Positions 1 to 10,214 are shown, counted from the first letter of the stretch. The stretch: 38,031 nt of DNA from Pirellulales bacterium (GCA_040901675.1 JBBDYJ010000008.1:1-38031); one strand, 5' to 3'. Notes: a model not told the origin generated them from the sequence alone. Made by a program: numbers and translations.

Positions 1-51
1 GCGACTCGACTGAGCTCGCCGAAGTCCGAAGTCCGCTTTGCCGCCAGCCAC
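1..51 (-). repeat. REP-like element with doubly nested 24-bp insert, truncated by window start
   Basis: Identical to 1380..1430; the complete inner 24-mer lies at 3..26. Confidence 0.9.
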
Positions 52-83
52 CCGGCGCGTTTTTCCGCCTTATCCTTCTGCCT

Positions 84-1202
84 TCACTCGATCCAGCCGC
101 CGCCCAGCACGCGGTCGCCGTCGTAGCAGACCACGGCCTGGCCGGGGGCGACTCCGTCGCGCGGCTCGTCGAGCACCACGTCCAGCCGCTCGCCCTCCAG
201 GGCGCGGATGGTGGCCTGCACCGGCTGGGCCTTGTAGCGGATCTTGACGGTGCACTGGAACGGGCCGGCGGGCGGGTCGACTAGCCAGTTGACTCGGCCG
301 GCCGTGAACTGCCGGCGGGCCAGCTCGCTCCGCGTGCCGATCACCACGCGGCGTGTTTCGCGCTCCAGGCGCACCACGTACCGTGGCTGGCCGAAGGCCA
401 GGCCCAGTCCCTTCCGCTGGCCGATAGTGTAGTTCTCGATCCCCTCGTGCCGGCCCACAAGCTCTCCCTCGGTGGTGACGATCTCGCCCGACAGGTCGAG
501 CTTCCCGCGCCGACGGCGCACGAAGCTCGAGTAATCGCCGGCGGGCACGAAGCAGATCTCCTGGCTGTCTTTTTTGTCCGCCACCCGCAGGCCCAGCTCG
601 CGGGCGATGCCGCGGATCGTTTCCTTGCGATGTTCGCCCACCGGGAACATCAGCCGGGGCAGCACCCTGCGGTCGATGCCGAACAAGACGTACGACTGGT
701 CCTTGGAGTCGTCCAGGCCTCGCAACAGCGCCGGCGAGCGGCTGTCGGCGGCGGGCGGCTGGAGCCGCGCGTAGTGGCCGGTAGCCACGTAGTCGGCCTC
801 CACGCTATCGGCGTACTCGCAGAGCTTGCCGAACTTGAGCCAGTTGTTGCACATCACGCAGGGGTTCGGCGTGCGGCCGGCGCTGTACTCATCGACAAAG
901 TAGTCCATGATCCGGCCGAACTCGTCCTCGAAGTTCAGCGCGTAAAACGGAATGTCGAGCCGGTCGGCCACCCGGCGGGCATCGGCCGCGTCGCTGGCCG
1001 TACAGCAACCCTGCTTGTGGGCGGCCTCGGCGCTCAGAACCGGCAAGAGCGCCGGCTGCCGCGTCGGCTCGGAATCGCAGGCCGGTTCCTGGTGCCCATG
1101 CCGCATGAACAGGCCGATCACCTCGTGCCCCGCCGCGCGCAGCAGGTGCGCGGCGACGCTGCTATCGACCCCACCCGACATGGCCAGCACAACGCGCGAC
1201 AT
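84..1202 (-). CDS. mnmA: tRNA 2-thiouridine(34) synthase MnmA
   Basis: AMSGGVDS PP-loop, TPNPCVMCN, ATGHYAR, KDQSYVL, KKDSQEICF, YTIGQRKGLG, VAPGQAVV..GGG. Confidence 0.97.
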   Translation of the reverse strand: MSRVVLAMSGGVDSSVAAHLLRAAGHEVIGLFMRHGHQEPACDSEPTRQPALLPVLSAEAAHKQGCCTASDAADARRVADRLDIPFYALNFEDEFGRIMDYFVDEYSAGRTPNPCVMCNNWLKFGKLCEYADSVEADYVATGHYARLQPPAADSRSPALLRGLDDSKDQSYVLFGIDRRVLPRLMFPVGEHRKETIRGIARELGLRVADKKDSQEICFVPAGDYSSFVRRRRGKLDLSGEIVTTEGELVGRHEGIENYTIGQRKGLGLAFGQPRYVVRLERETRRVVIGTRSELARRQFTAGRVNWLVDPPAGPFQCTVKIRYKAQPVQATIRALEGERLDVVLDEPRDGVAPGQAVVCYDGDRVLGGGWIE

Positions 1203-1246
1203 GGATGAAGTTTAACGCCTGACGTGGATCTCTAAAAGGAGGAAGG

Positions 1247-1302
1247 CTGGGGCACGCTACGACTCGACTGAGCTCGCCGAAGTCCGCTTTGCCGCCAGGC
1301 AC
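1247..1302 (-). repeat. REP-like hairpin element with a single 24-bp insert
   Basis: Minus strand reads GTGC-CTGGCGGCA-AAGCG-[GACTTCGGCGAGCTCAGTCGAGTC]-GTAGCG-TGCCCCAG; near-identical to 8474..8529. Confidence 0.9.
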
Positions 1303-1310
1303 CCGGCCTT

Positions 1311-1348
1311 CTGACCACTGTCCACTGACCACCGACCACTGGCCACTG
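1311..1348. repeat. Degenerate heptamer tandem repeat (CCACTGN)n
   Basis: ctga ccactgt ccactga ccaccga ccactgg ccactg, lying between two REP copies. Confidence 0.8.
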
Positions 1349-1350
1349 CT

Positions 1351-1430
1351 CTGGGGCACGCTACGACTCGACTGAGCTCGCGACTCGACTGAGCTCGCCG
1401 AAGTCCGAAGTCCGCTTTGCCGCCAGCCAC
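1351..1430 (-). repeat. REP-like element with the 24-bp insert nested inside itself (80 bp)
   Basis: Minus strand reads GTGG-CTGGCGGCA-AAGCG-GACTTCG-[GACTTCGGCGAGCTCAGTCGAGTC]-GCGAGCTCAGTCGAGTC-GTAGCG-TGCCCCAG. Confidence 0.9.
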
Positions 1431-1455
1431 CCAATTGCGAGCCGCCAGCCACGCG

Positions 1456-2583
1456 CTACTTGATTTCCGAGAGGGCGACGGCTCGATGCTCGGCGGCCGA
1501 GAGATAGCAGGCGTCGACCAGGGCCATCGTCTTGAGATTGTCGCGGCCGCTGATTTCCGGCTCGCTGCCGTCCTCCAAGGCACAGAGCAATTGCGCCATG
1601 GGGCCGGCAAAGGCATCGGGAAACCAGACCTCCTTCCACCTGGGCTGAAACCAGTAGCCAGGCTGCCGGCGGGTGGTGAAGTCGAGCGTGCTGGGGGTCC
1701 GCCGCGGGTAATCGGGCCAGCCGATCGTGCCGCGGGCCATGCCTTCGGTCCCCTCCACGCGCCAGCGGATGGCGATGTCGGCCTCGGCGCCTTCCAGGGC
1801 AGGTCCGGCCCAGACGTCGTCCCAGGCGGCCGCCCGAAACCCGTTGGCGTATTCGAGGATGTAGAGGCAGATGCCGTCGGTGTGCTTGAACTTGCGGGCC
1901 GTGCGGGGGTCGCTGCGGACGCTGGCGAAGACGCGTTGCGGATCGCCGAACCAGAAGCGGAACGTATCGAGATGATGAATGCTCATGATCCGCAGCGTGA
2001 CCCAACCGAGCCGCTGCTGCCAGGGCATCCAATGCGGAATGGCCCGCATGTCGATGCTGGCGAAGACCGCCTCACCCAGGTAACCGCGCTCGATCAGCCG
2101 CTTGCAGGCCCGCACCGACTGGTCGTAGCGCATGTTCTGGTTGACGGCAAGCTTGATCCCGGCGCGGCGGCAGAGAGACACGATCTGCTTCGCTTGCGCA
2201 TAGTGGATGCCCAGTGGCTTCTGGGCCAGGATGCCCCGGATGTGCGACTTGTGCTTGACCGCTTCCTTCACTACGGCGAGCTGCACGTCCGGAGGGACCG
2301 CGATATCGACCACTTGGACCTTCGGGTCGGCGAGCAATTCCTGGTAGGTGCCATACACCTTGCCGATCGCATGCCGCTCGGCCACCGCCTGGGCCCGTGC
2401 CGGAGTGCGCGAGGCAATGGCAATCGGATTAAAACCCGCCTGCCGGTAGGCCACCAGGTGGCAGTCGGCCATGATGAACCCGGCCCCGATGCAGCCGATG
2501 CCTACCTGCTTGTGCTTCGGCAGCTTGGGCCGATAGTCGAGCTCGAGCGAAAACCGTTCGGGCGGAACCTTCGTTTCAGGCAT
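1456..2583 (-). CDS. Gfo/Idh/MocA family oxidoreductase (cytoplasmic)
   Basis: Rossmann [22 protein letters not shown] (EKP variant), NQNMRY, IHHLD; no signal peptide. Confidence 0.9.
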   Translation of the reverse strand: MPETKVPPERFSLELDYRPKLPKHKQVGIGCIGAGFIMADCHLVAYRQAGFNPIAIASRTPARAQAVAERHAIGKVYGTYQELLADPKVQVVDIAVPPDVQLAVVKEAVKHKSHIRGILAQKPLGIHYAQAKQIVSLCRRAGIKLAVNQNMRYDQSVRACKRLIERGYLGEAVFASIDMRAIPHWMPWQQRLGWVTLRIMSIHHLDTFRFWFGDPQRVFASVRSDPRTARKFKHTDGICLYILEYANGFRAAAWDDVWAGPALEGAEADIAIRWRVEGTEGMARGTIGWPDYPRRTPSTLDFTTRRQPGYWFQPRWKEVWFPDAFAGPMAQLLCALEDGSEPEISGRDNLKTMALVDACYLSAAEHRAVALSEIK

Positions 2584-2657
2584 CGGATACAGCCGTTGGT
2601 GAAGGAAGAGGCGATGGCCGCGTCAATCACCCGGGCACGGCCAGAGGCGGTCTGCAC

Positions 2658-3005
2658 TCAGCCCGGCTGCCCACCCTGCAATTCGCAACGCGCCAAGGCT
2701 TGAACAACCAGACCCATCTGTTCTGGGCTGTTGAATGACTCGGGAGATGCCAACCAGTCGCGAAGACGAGGCAGAAGCTGGGCGTTATACGAGTCAATCT
2801 CAGACGACTTCACCGCTTGCGGATCGTCGAATGTGCTGGATAACGTGCGGAACACACACCACGAAACGAAAGCGGAGAGGCTTTGCGTTTCGATGTATTC
2901 GTTTCTCAAGTCGGCCGCCAGCCGGCTGATCACATCGGCGGTCAACGGGCCGGAGTCGATGATCGCCCGTACTTCATCAAACCTGTGTGTTGGCAAGGAG
3001 CTCAT
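2658..3005 (-). CDS. Hypothetical protein (about 115 aa, helical)
   Basis: ATG at 3005 overlaps the 3' end of pyrE by 29 bp; amphipathic protein-like composition; no recognised motif. Confidence 0.55.
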   Translation of the reverse strand: MSSLPTHRFDEVRAIIDSGPLTADVISRLAADLRNEYIETQSLSAFVSWCVFRTLSSTFDDPQAVKSSEIDSYNAQLLPRLRDWLASPESFNSPEQMGLVVQALARCELQGGQPG

Positions 3006-3537
3006 CCTTAGTGAAGATGGACCGGTATTCGTAACCGCGTTGGGTAAACAGCTCCCGGGCGCCACGATCTCGATCGACGATCGATAAGATGCGGATTACC
3101 TTGGCTCCACGGGCCTCGACAGCGTCGATGGCCTTCATCACTGATTTTCCCGAGGTAACCACGTCGTCAACGATAACAACCTTCGCATTGTCCGGCAGGT
3201 TGCCTTCAATCAGCTTCTGCGTCCCGTGAGCCTTGGCTTCTTCTCGCACCCAGAATCCCTCGACGTCCTTCCGATGGTGGTGATGGCAACTGATGGCAAG
3301 ACTGGTCACCAATGGAACAGCACCTACGGCGAGTCCCCCGACGGCGTCGAATGCCTCTCCGTCTAACGATTCGTAAAGAACCTCGCCAATAAGGAAGGCG
3401 CCCAATGGCGACACTTCCACCATCTTTCCGTCAATGTAGAAAGTACTTTTCTCACCCGATGACAGAACTACATCGCGATGAAGAACTGCCCGGTCTTGCA
3501 AAAGTGCGAGCAGTTGCCCACGGAGATCGGTGTTCAT
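2977..3537 (-). CDS. pyrE: Orotate phosphoribosyltransferase (PyrE-like)
   Basis: LSSGEKSTFYID, GGLAVGAVP, REEAKAHG flexible loop, PRPP-binding VVIVDDVVTSGKS, IVDR; GGAAGGA upstream of the start. Confidence 0.88.
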   Translation of the reverse strand: MNTDLRGQLLALLQDRAVLHRDVVLSSGEKSTFYIDGKMVEVSPLGAFLIGEVLYESLDGEAFDAVGGLAVGAVPLVTSLAISCHHHHRKDVEGFWVREEAKAHGTQKLIEGNLPDNAKVVIVDDVVTSGKSVMKAIDAVEARGAKVIRILSIVDRDRGARELFTQRGYEYRSIFTKDELLANTQV

Positions 3538-3735
3538 GGCGATCCTTCCTGGTCTGTTGTCAGCAGTCCTCGGCCGCTGATCGCGGCCGTCTAAAGCGAC
3601 CTCGTCGCAAGCAACGCACTTTACGACGATCTCTCAGCTTACCGGGATTCATGCCATCCCGCCAGAAGGGCTTGGGCTGATTTCGAAAATGGCTGCACGC
3701 CAAGCAGCCAGAATGCGGCAGGCGCGCGGCTTGGC

Positions 3736-6606
3736 CTAGCGCGCCTCGAGCAGGTAGGCCAGCAAGTCGCGAAACTCGCGCGGCGTCAGCGCGCGGGCCA
3801 CGTTGTCGGGCATGATCGACAACGGCTGCGGGTGCCGCTGGTCGAGCTCGCTGGATCCGACCACAAAAATCCGGCCTTCGGCATCGGCGTAGCTCTCACG
3901 GCCGTCGGCAGTCTTGCCGACCAGCATGCCTACGGCAACCGTGCCGTCGGTCCTGGTGATGGACCAGGTGACGAACTGCGGCGCAATCTCCTTGCTCGGC
4001 TGGATGATCGACTCCACCAGCCGCTTGCGCTGGAGTTGCCGGCCGACCGCCGTCAAATCGGGCCCGATGCGGCCGCCGCGGCCTTCAACCTGGTGGCAAC
4101 GATGGCAACCAGCCAGCTCGGACTGAAAGAAAATCCGCTCTCCAGCCCGTGGATCGGCAGGCCCGTCGAGCAGCTCGAGCCAGCCGGCGAGGTCGGTTTG
4201 ATCGGGGCGCGAATCGCGCTTGTCGGGTTCCAGGATGCGAGCGGCCAACGCGGCCGCCTCATCGCCGAGACGGCCTGCCTGGCGCACAGCCACGCGCTGC
4301 CGCTCGTCCAACTCCGTGCCCCACAACGACCGCAAGGCCTGCTCGACGAGCAGGCGGTCGTCGGCTTTCAAGAGTTCCAGCAATGCCGTGCGGTGGCTGG
4401 GATTGTTTGGCGACAGGCCGACGACGGCTTCGGCCCGCAGGGCGGCGTCACGGCGCGGATCGCAGCCGATCGCCTGCAATCGTTGCGGTGCTTCGGCCAG
4501 CGGGCTGCCGCGCAACGTCCGGACCGCCTCAAGCTGCGTTGCCAGGTCATCGGACTGAAGAAAATCTTCGAGCAACGCCAACGTCAAGACCGGGTGATCG
4601 GGCCGCAGCATTCGCAGCGCGCGGCGGCGCAGGTCGATCGGCAGGGCGCTGTCCGCGAACAGCCGCGCCACGTATTCCTCGCCCGCCACCTCCTCCTCGG
4701 CGGCCAGGCTGTCCTTCGGCCGGTCGAGCAATTCGAGCGTGGCCAGGCAGGCCTCGAACAGTTGCCGCGTCGCAGCGCGGGCCAAGAGCGACTCGACCAG
4801 GGCTCGATGCTCATTCAACCGGCCTTCGCCAACCCACTGCACGGCTGAAAAGAGAATGTCCGGGTCGGCATCTTCCAGAAAGCGTGACACGGTCGCCCGT
4901 GCCTGATCATCGTCGCTTTGGCGCAACAGGAGCAAGGCGCCCAACCGGACCGCCTTGTCTTCGGATGCTGCGTGGTCGAGCAAATCAGCCAGACCGGCCG
5001 ACTGCCGCAAACCGGCCAGGGCCGCCTGGCGGATGAATGGGTCGTCGTCGGCCAGTCCCTGCCGGACCAGGTGGACCGACGAGCGGCCCGCTATTCGCCG
5101 CAAGGCCTCGGCCCGCACCGCGGGCGGAGAAGCAGGCGCCGCCAAGGCATTCAAGTCCAAGTGCTCACGATCCAGTAATCGCACCAGCAACGCGGCCATG
5201 GCCGACTGGTCAGGTGCCGCCGGATCGTCCGGAGTCGCGGGCTCCAGCGATGCCAGCCGCTCGGCCAGCCAGCGATGGTCGCCGATAGCGGCCAGGGCGG
5301 AGATGGCGCGGGCCTGGATTGCAGGCTGGTCCGGCTCGGCGGCCACTTCGCGTAGGATTTCTTTGCCCGATTTTCCTTGGGCCATCAATTGCCGGGCCGC
5401 CCGCTCGCCGAGCTGGCGGTCGGCCGATCGGACTGCCTCGCCCGGCTCCTGCGGTCGCCGAGCGGGTCCGGGCGCGGCGCTTCTGACTTTCCAGATGCGT
5501 CCCTTGCCGTGCAGCGTGTACGACTTGTCGACCCAATCGCTGACGAACAACGACCCGTCCGGCGCGACGGCGATGCCGACCGGGCGAAAATCTTCGCCGC
5601 CGGTGACGAAGGGCTCGGCAGCCGCCTGAAACGATGCTCCGCGCGGCACAAGCCGGTACCGCTCGAGCCGGTGGTCGCCCCAGGAAGTGCACAGCAAGTT
5701 GCCGCGATAATCGCCGGGCAAACCAGCCGACTCGTAGGCCACGACTCCCGACGGGGCCTCGCCGGTGCCGGCCACCATGGGCAGCGTGCCGGGCAGCTCG
5801 CCGTCCCAGGCGGTGAACGGGTGCAGCCCCTTGCGTCCATTGCGAAAGCGGTAGCCGTAGTCGCCGTCCGGCACGATGTGCAGCAACCGGCAGGGAGGGC
5901 GAGAATCGGGATCGTTGTCGACGGCGAACAAGCGATCGTAGGCGTCGAGCGCGACGTGAAACGGATTCCAGAAACCGGTGGCCACGCGCACCAGGCCGCT
6001 GCCGTCGGCGGCCATGCGATAGATGCTGCCCCCTTCGCCGCCGCCGACGAGCTGGGTGCCGTCGCTCCCCACCAGGCGGTACTTGGCCCCCAGGTTCTCT
6101 CCCAGGCCAAAGTAGACGTTGCCGGCGAAATCGAAGGCGAAACCCGAAAGGCCATTGTGCGGGTAGTCGCCCCGGGTGTCCAACCGGGCGATCGTAGTCC
6201 GTTGGTCCGCCTTGCCGTCCCCGTCGTTATCGCGCAGCCAGAAGATCTCGTCGCGCGTGGCGACGTAGACCGTGCCGTCGTGGTAGACCGCCAGGTTCAT
6301 CGTAAAGCGGCTCCCCTCGAAGAAGGTGCCGATCCGGTCGGCCCGGCCGTCGCCGTCGGTATCTTCGAAGATGCGGATCCGGTCGGCCGGCGGGCCTTGA
6401 TAATCGTCAGGACGAAAATGCGTGTGGCTCTCGACCACCAGCACGCGCCCCTTGGCGTCCACGGCGATGCCGGTGGGCGTGACCAGGTCGGGCTCGGCCG
6501 CGAACAGCTCGACGGTCAGCCGCCGGTCGGCCGCCGCCGGCAGTTCCAGGCCGCCGGCGGTGGCCGGCCCGCCCAGCAGGATCAAACCCAGCAGAAACCG
6601 GTGCAT
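3736..6606 (-). CDS. PVC-type secreted dehydrogenase-like protein: beta-propeller, HEAT repeats and C-terminal cytochrome c
   Basis: Signal peptide [13 protein letters not shown] after a [57 protein letters not shown]-like repeats; heme motif CHRCH followed by IGPDLT and SIMP. Confidence 0.9.
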   Translation of the reverse strand: MHRFLLGLILLGGPATAGGLELPAAADRRLTVELFAAEPDLVTPTGIAVDAKGRVLVVESHTHFRPDDYQGPPADRIRIFEDTDGDGRADRIGTFFEGSRFTMNLAVYHDGTVYVATRDEIFWLRDNDGDGKADQRTTIARLDTRGDYPHNGLSGFAFDFAGNVYFGLGENLGAKYRLVGSDGTQLVGGGEGGSIYRMAADGSGLVRVATGFWNPFHVALDAYDRLFAVDNDPDSRPPCRLLHIVPDGDYGYRFRNGRKGLHPFTAWDGELPGTLPMVAGTGEAPSGVVAYESAGLPGDYRGNLLCTSWGDHRLERYRLVPRGASFQAAAEPFVTGGEDFRPVGIAVAPDGSLFVSDWVDKSYTLHGKGRIWKVRSAAPGPARRPQEPGEAVRSADRQLGERAARQLMAQGKSGKEILREVAAEPDQPAIQARAISALAAIGDHRWLAERLASLEPATPDDPAAPDQSAMAALLVRLLDREHLDLNALAAPASPPAVRAEALRRIAGRSSVHLVRQGLADDDPFIRQAALAGLRQSAGLADLLDHAASEDKAVRLGALLLLRQSDDDQARATVSRFLEDADPDILFSAVQWVGEGRLNEHRALVESLLARAATRQLFEACLATLELLDRPKDSLAAEEEVAGEEYVARLFADSALPIDLRRRALRMLRPDHPVLTLALLEDFLQSDDLATQLEAVRTLRGSPLAEAPQRLQAIGCDPRRDAALRAEAVVGLSPNNPSHRTALLELLKADDRLLVEQALRSLWGTELDERQRVAVRQAGRLGDEAAALAARILEPDKRDSRPDQTDLAGWLELLDGPADPRAGERIFFQSELAGCHRCHQVEGRGGRIGPDLTAVGRQLQRKRLVESIIQPSKEIAPQFVTWSITRTDGTVAVGMLVGKTADGRESYADAEGRIFVVGSSELDQRHPQPLSIMPDNVARALTPREFRDLLAYLLEAR

Positions 6607-6794
6607 GCATCCCTCCAAAGAAACGTGTCCGCGCCCAACCCGCCGTTGCGAGTCTAGTAAGGCTGGGCAGCCGGTGCAAACTGGCGGCCGTGCCAGCGCC
6701 CCACCCGACGATAGGGCGGCCGGAGTTGGCCGGCTATGGTAAACTTGCGGCTGGCACAAATTCCCTGGCAAGCGGAAACGGAATCACACTCGCC

Positions 6795-8396
6795 ATGCCA
6801 TCCACCACCGAGCCGCACTTTGACCTGTCAGAGCACGGAATCACGATCAGCGAGGTGCTGCGCAACGCCGTGCCGGCCGTGCTGTACGAAGAGGGAATCC
6901 GGGGGGACAAGTCGGCCATCAGCTCGGCGGGGGCGCTGATGGCCCGCTCGGGGTCGAAGACCGGCCGCAGTCCCAGGGACAAGCGGATCGTGGACCACCC
7001 GGCCAGCAGCGGCGACATCTGGTGGGGCGACGTCAACATTCGGCTGGACGAGCAGACGTTTGTCACCAATCGCCAGCGGGCGGTCGACTTCTTGAACACG
7101 CGGCAGCGGCTGTACGTTTTCGACGGATTTGCAGGGTGGGAGCCGAGGCACCGGCTCAAGGTGCGGGTGATCTGCGCCCGGCCCTACCACGCGCTGTTCA
7201 TGCACAACATGCTGATCCGGCCGGCGGCGGAGGAGCTGGCGGCGTTCGGCGGGCCGGACTACGTGATCTACAACGCCGGGCAGTTCCCGGCCAACCTGCA
7301 CACGCGCCAAATGACCTCCGACACGAGCGTCGATCTGAGCTTCGAGTTCAAGGAACTGGTGATTCTGGGAACGCAGTACGCGGGCGAGATGAAAAAAGGC
7401 GTCTTCACGCTGATGAACTACCTGATGCCCAAGCAGGGAGTGCTGTCGATGCACTGTTCGGCCAACGAAGGCGGCGAGGGGGACGTGACCTTGTTCTTCG
7501 GCCTGTCGGGCACGGGCAAGACGACCCTCTCGGCCGACCCGCGGCGGAAACTGATCGGCGACGACGAGCATTGCTGGACCGACGAGGGCATCTTCAACAT
7601 CGAAGGGGGCTGTTACGCCAAGTGCATCAACCTCTCGGCCGAGAAGGAGCCGGACATTTTCAACGCGATCCGCTTCGGCGCGCTGCTGGAGAACGTGGTC
7701 TACGACCCGATCAGCCGCGAAGTGGATTACAGCGACGCCTCACTGACGGAGAACACGCGGGCCAGCTATCCGATCGAGCACATGGCGCAAGCCAAGATCC
7801 CCTGCCTGGGCGGCCATCCCAAGAACATCATCCTTTTGACCTGCGACGCGTTCGGCGTGCTGCCGCCGGTCAGCAAGCTGACGCGGGAGCAAGCCATGTA
7901 TCACTTCATCAACGGCTACACGGCCAAGGTGGCCGGCACCGAGGTGGGAGTGAAGGAGCCCGAGGCCACATTCTCGGCCTGCTTTGGAGCGGCGTTTCTC
8001 GTCTGGCATCCAACCAAGTATGCCGAGCTGCTGGCCGAGAAGATGCAACAGCACGACTCGCAAGCCTGGCTGGTCAACACCGGTTGGACGGGCGGCGCGT
8101 ATGGGACCGGCTCGCGGATTCGGCTGGCCCACACGCGGGCCATGATCGACTGCATCCACGCCGGCAAGCTCACCGACGTGCCCACGATTGAGGATCCGGT
8201 CTTCGGCCTGGCCATTCCGACGCGTTGCCCGGCCGTGCCTGAATCGATCCTCGAGCCGAGCAAGACCTGGAAGGACCAGCAGGCGTATCGCCAGGCGGCC
8301 CGCAAGCTGGCCGGCCTGTTCGAGGCGCACTTTGCGCGGTACGCCGAGGCCGCCAGCCCCCAGACCCGCGCCGCCGGCCCCCGGCTGGACGGCTGA
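6795..8396 (+). CDS. pckA: Phosphoenolpyruvate carboxykinase (ATP)
   Basis: [24 protein letters not shown]-loop [30 protein letters not shown]; start set at the ATG of MPSTTEP. Confidence 0.97.
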   Translation: MPSTTEPHFDLSEHGITISEVLRNAVPAVLYEEGIRGDKSAISSAGALMARSGSKTGRSPRDKRIVDHPASSGDIWWGDVNIRLDEQTFVTNRQRAVDFLNTRQRLYVFDGFAGWEPRHRLKVRVICARPYHALFMHNMLIRPAAEELAAFGGPDYVIYNAGQFPANLHTRQMTSDTSVDLSFEFKELVILGTQYAGEMKKGVFTLMNYLMPKQGVLSMHCSANEGGEGDVTLFFGLSGTGKTTLSADPRRKLIGDDEHCWTDEGIFNIEGGCYAKCINLSAEKEPDIFNAIRFGALLENVVYDPISREVDYSDASLTENTRASYPIEHMAQAKIPCLGGHPKNIILLTCDAFGVLPPVSKLTREQAMYHFINGYTAKVAGTEVGVKEPEATFSACFGAAFLVWHPTKYAELLAEKMQQHDSQAWLVNTGWTGGAYGTGSRIRLAHTRAMIDCIHAGKLTDVPTIEDPVFGLAIPTRCPAVPESILEPSKTWKDQQAYRQAARKLAGLFEAHFARYAEAASPQTRAAGPRLDG

Positions 8397-8400
8397 TGCC

Positions 8401-8473
8401 TGGTGGGTGGCTGGTGGTGGTGCGTGGTTGGTGGTGGGTGGCTGGCGGCAAAGCGGCGGGTGGCTGGTGGCGG
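8401..8473. repeat. TGG-rich degenerate tandem tract containing a half REP (8438..8456)
   Basis: tggtggg/tggc repeats; GTGGCTGGCGGCAAAGCGG ends at the point where full copies carry the 24-bp insert. Confidence 0.7.
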
Positions 8474-8529
8474 GTGGCTGGCGGCAAAGCGGACTTCGGC
8501 GAGCTCAGTCGAGTCGTAGCGTGCCCCAG
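8474..8529 (+). repeat. REP-like element with a single 24-bp insert (8492..8515)
   Basis: GTGG-CTGGCGGCA-AAGCG-[24-mer]-GTAGCG-TGCCCCAG. Confidence 0.9.
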
Positions 8530-8531
8530 TA

Positions 8532-8566
8532 TCGGAGGTGAGAAGTCAGAGGTCAGCAGTCAGAGG
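8532..8566. repeat. Heptamer tandem repeat (TCAGAGG-like x5)
   Basis: tcggagg tgagaag tcagagg tcagcag tcagagg. Confidence 0.75.
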
Positions 8567-8642
8567 CCGCCGGCCCCCGGCTGAAGGACTAATGCGCACT
8601 GGCTGATGTGTGCGGCCTGTGGCAGTGGGTGGCTGGTGGTGG

Positions 8643-8698
8643 GTGGCTGGTGGCAAAGCGGACTTCGGCGAGCTCAGTCGAGTCGTAGCGTGCCCCAG
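8643..8698 (+). repeat. REP-like element with a single 24-bp insert (8661..8684)
   Basis: One mismatch to 8474..8529, in direct orientation. Confidence 0.9.
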
Positions 8699-8750
8699 TC
8701 GTGGAGATCGGATTTTTCCAGTGATCCTAATTCTGGCCAGGGAATCCGCG

Positions 8751-9329
8751 ATGAAGAATGATCCGCAGACCACTCGGCGGGCGCGTCGCGAAACGGCAAT
8801 TGAAGATGCAGTGATGGCTCATCCCGAGCGGCTAGGATATCCCGGCGCAGCGGCGATCCGGAACTGCCGCGTTGCGATGGTTGCCGGCCGGGTCGATGTG
8901 CTGCTGCTCCCTGCGAAGAGTCGCGTCAAGGTAGTCCTGGTCGAGACCAAGGTGGCAACGGCCCCTGATGCGGCCTCCAAGGTAATTGGTCAGTTGCTGA
9001 TGTACTACGCTGGAGCGTTGTGCCTCGGATCCGTCGGTATCCGCTATCTTCGGGAGTTTGCCTGCCGTGAGCCGGAAAGGGCAAGGTGTACTAGCTGGGT
9101 CTCGCCCAAATCAATCACCTGCGGTGTCAGTCCACCAGGGGACGCCTGGAAGCTGTTGAGCCAAGGCACTCTTCTCAAGCCTTACCAGGTCCGACTGTTC
9201 ATCGCGCTGGAGGGGGTGGCGCATCGGGCACTCGTGCCAACGCTTCAAATCCTTCGGAAACATCATGGTCTGGCCATCGGGGTCATCAGGACAAAAGACG
9301 GCAGGATAGCGGCCGTCGAGAATCGATAG
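8751..9329 (+). CDS. PD-(D/E)XK nuclease-fold protein, similar to the NucS C-terminal domain
   Basis: Motif order E(TAIE)...GRVDVLL...VLVETK...VIGQLLMYY matches E...D...ExK...QxxxY. Confidence 0.7.
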   Translation: MKNDPQTTRRARRETAIEDAVMAHPERLGYPGAAAIRNCRVAMVAGRVDVLLLPAKSRVKVVLVETKVATAPDAASKVIGQLLMYYAGALCLGSVGIRYLREFACREPERARCTSWVSPKSITCGVSPPGDAWKLLSQGTLLKPYQVRLFIALEGVAHRALVPTLQILRKHHGLAIGVIRTKDGRIAAVENR

Positions 9330-9425
9330 GGTCAGGTTATTGCCCGGGATGATATCCGCGCCGCCGCTTCCAGTTCCAGGCGACTTGACGGCATCTTCCA
9401 TCTATAATAGAGGCTGGAGGTGACT

Positions 9426-9647
9426 ATGATCCAAACAGTCGAAGCAGTTATTGACGAGCGGGGCCAAGTGCGACTCTTAGGTCCAGTAAACTTGAGCGCC
9501 CCACGTCGGGCGCTGGTCACGATCTTGGAAGAAGCGCCCCCCGAGCTGCCCCACGAGACGGCCCTGCTGAGCGAGGCAGCCCTGGCGGAGGATTGGAGTC
9601 GGCCAGAGGAGGACGCGGCCTGGTCGTACTTGCAACGGCCGCATTAA
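9426..9647 (+). CDS. Small antitoxin-like protein (type II TA)
   Basis: GGAGG SD; N-terminal beta-barrel-like EAVIDERGQVRLL...RALVTIL and acidic tail SEAALAEDWSRPEEDAAWSYLQ, as recalled for antitoxins that precede MazF/PemK toxins; TATAAT at 9403..9408. Confidence 0.7.
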   Translation: MIQTVEAVIDERGQVRLLGPVNLSAPRRALVTILEEAPPELPHETALLSEAALAEDWSRPEEDAAWSYLQRPH

Positions 9648-9707
9648 CCGCCGCCTCGGGGCCCGCCCTGCCCCATTGGCGGCGATTCGAACTGCTTGCC
9701 AGAGCCG

Positions 9708-10214
<507 letters not shown>

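Noticed and set aside
8474..8698. CRISPR array from the repeated 56-bp units (also 1247..1430 and 37808..38031)
   Set aside because: Only two copies per locus, spacers of 48 to more than 110 bp that are partly low-complexity, dispersed copies on both strands, and no cas genes. REP-like elements fit better.
8396..8750. Short ORFs such as 8396..8584, 1162..1452 and the first 47 codons of 8610..9329 sharing GGKADFGELSRVVACP
   Set aside because: The shared peptide is a translation of the non-coding REP and its insert, not a protein family.
9385..9408. Full sigma-70 promoter TTGACG...TATAAT for the antitoxin-like gene
   Set aside because: The spacer is only 12 bp, so only the -10 box is credible.
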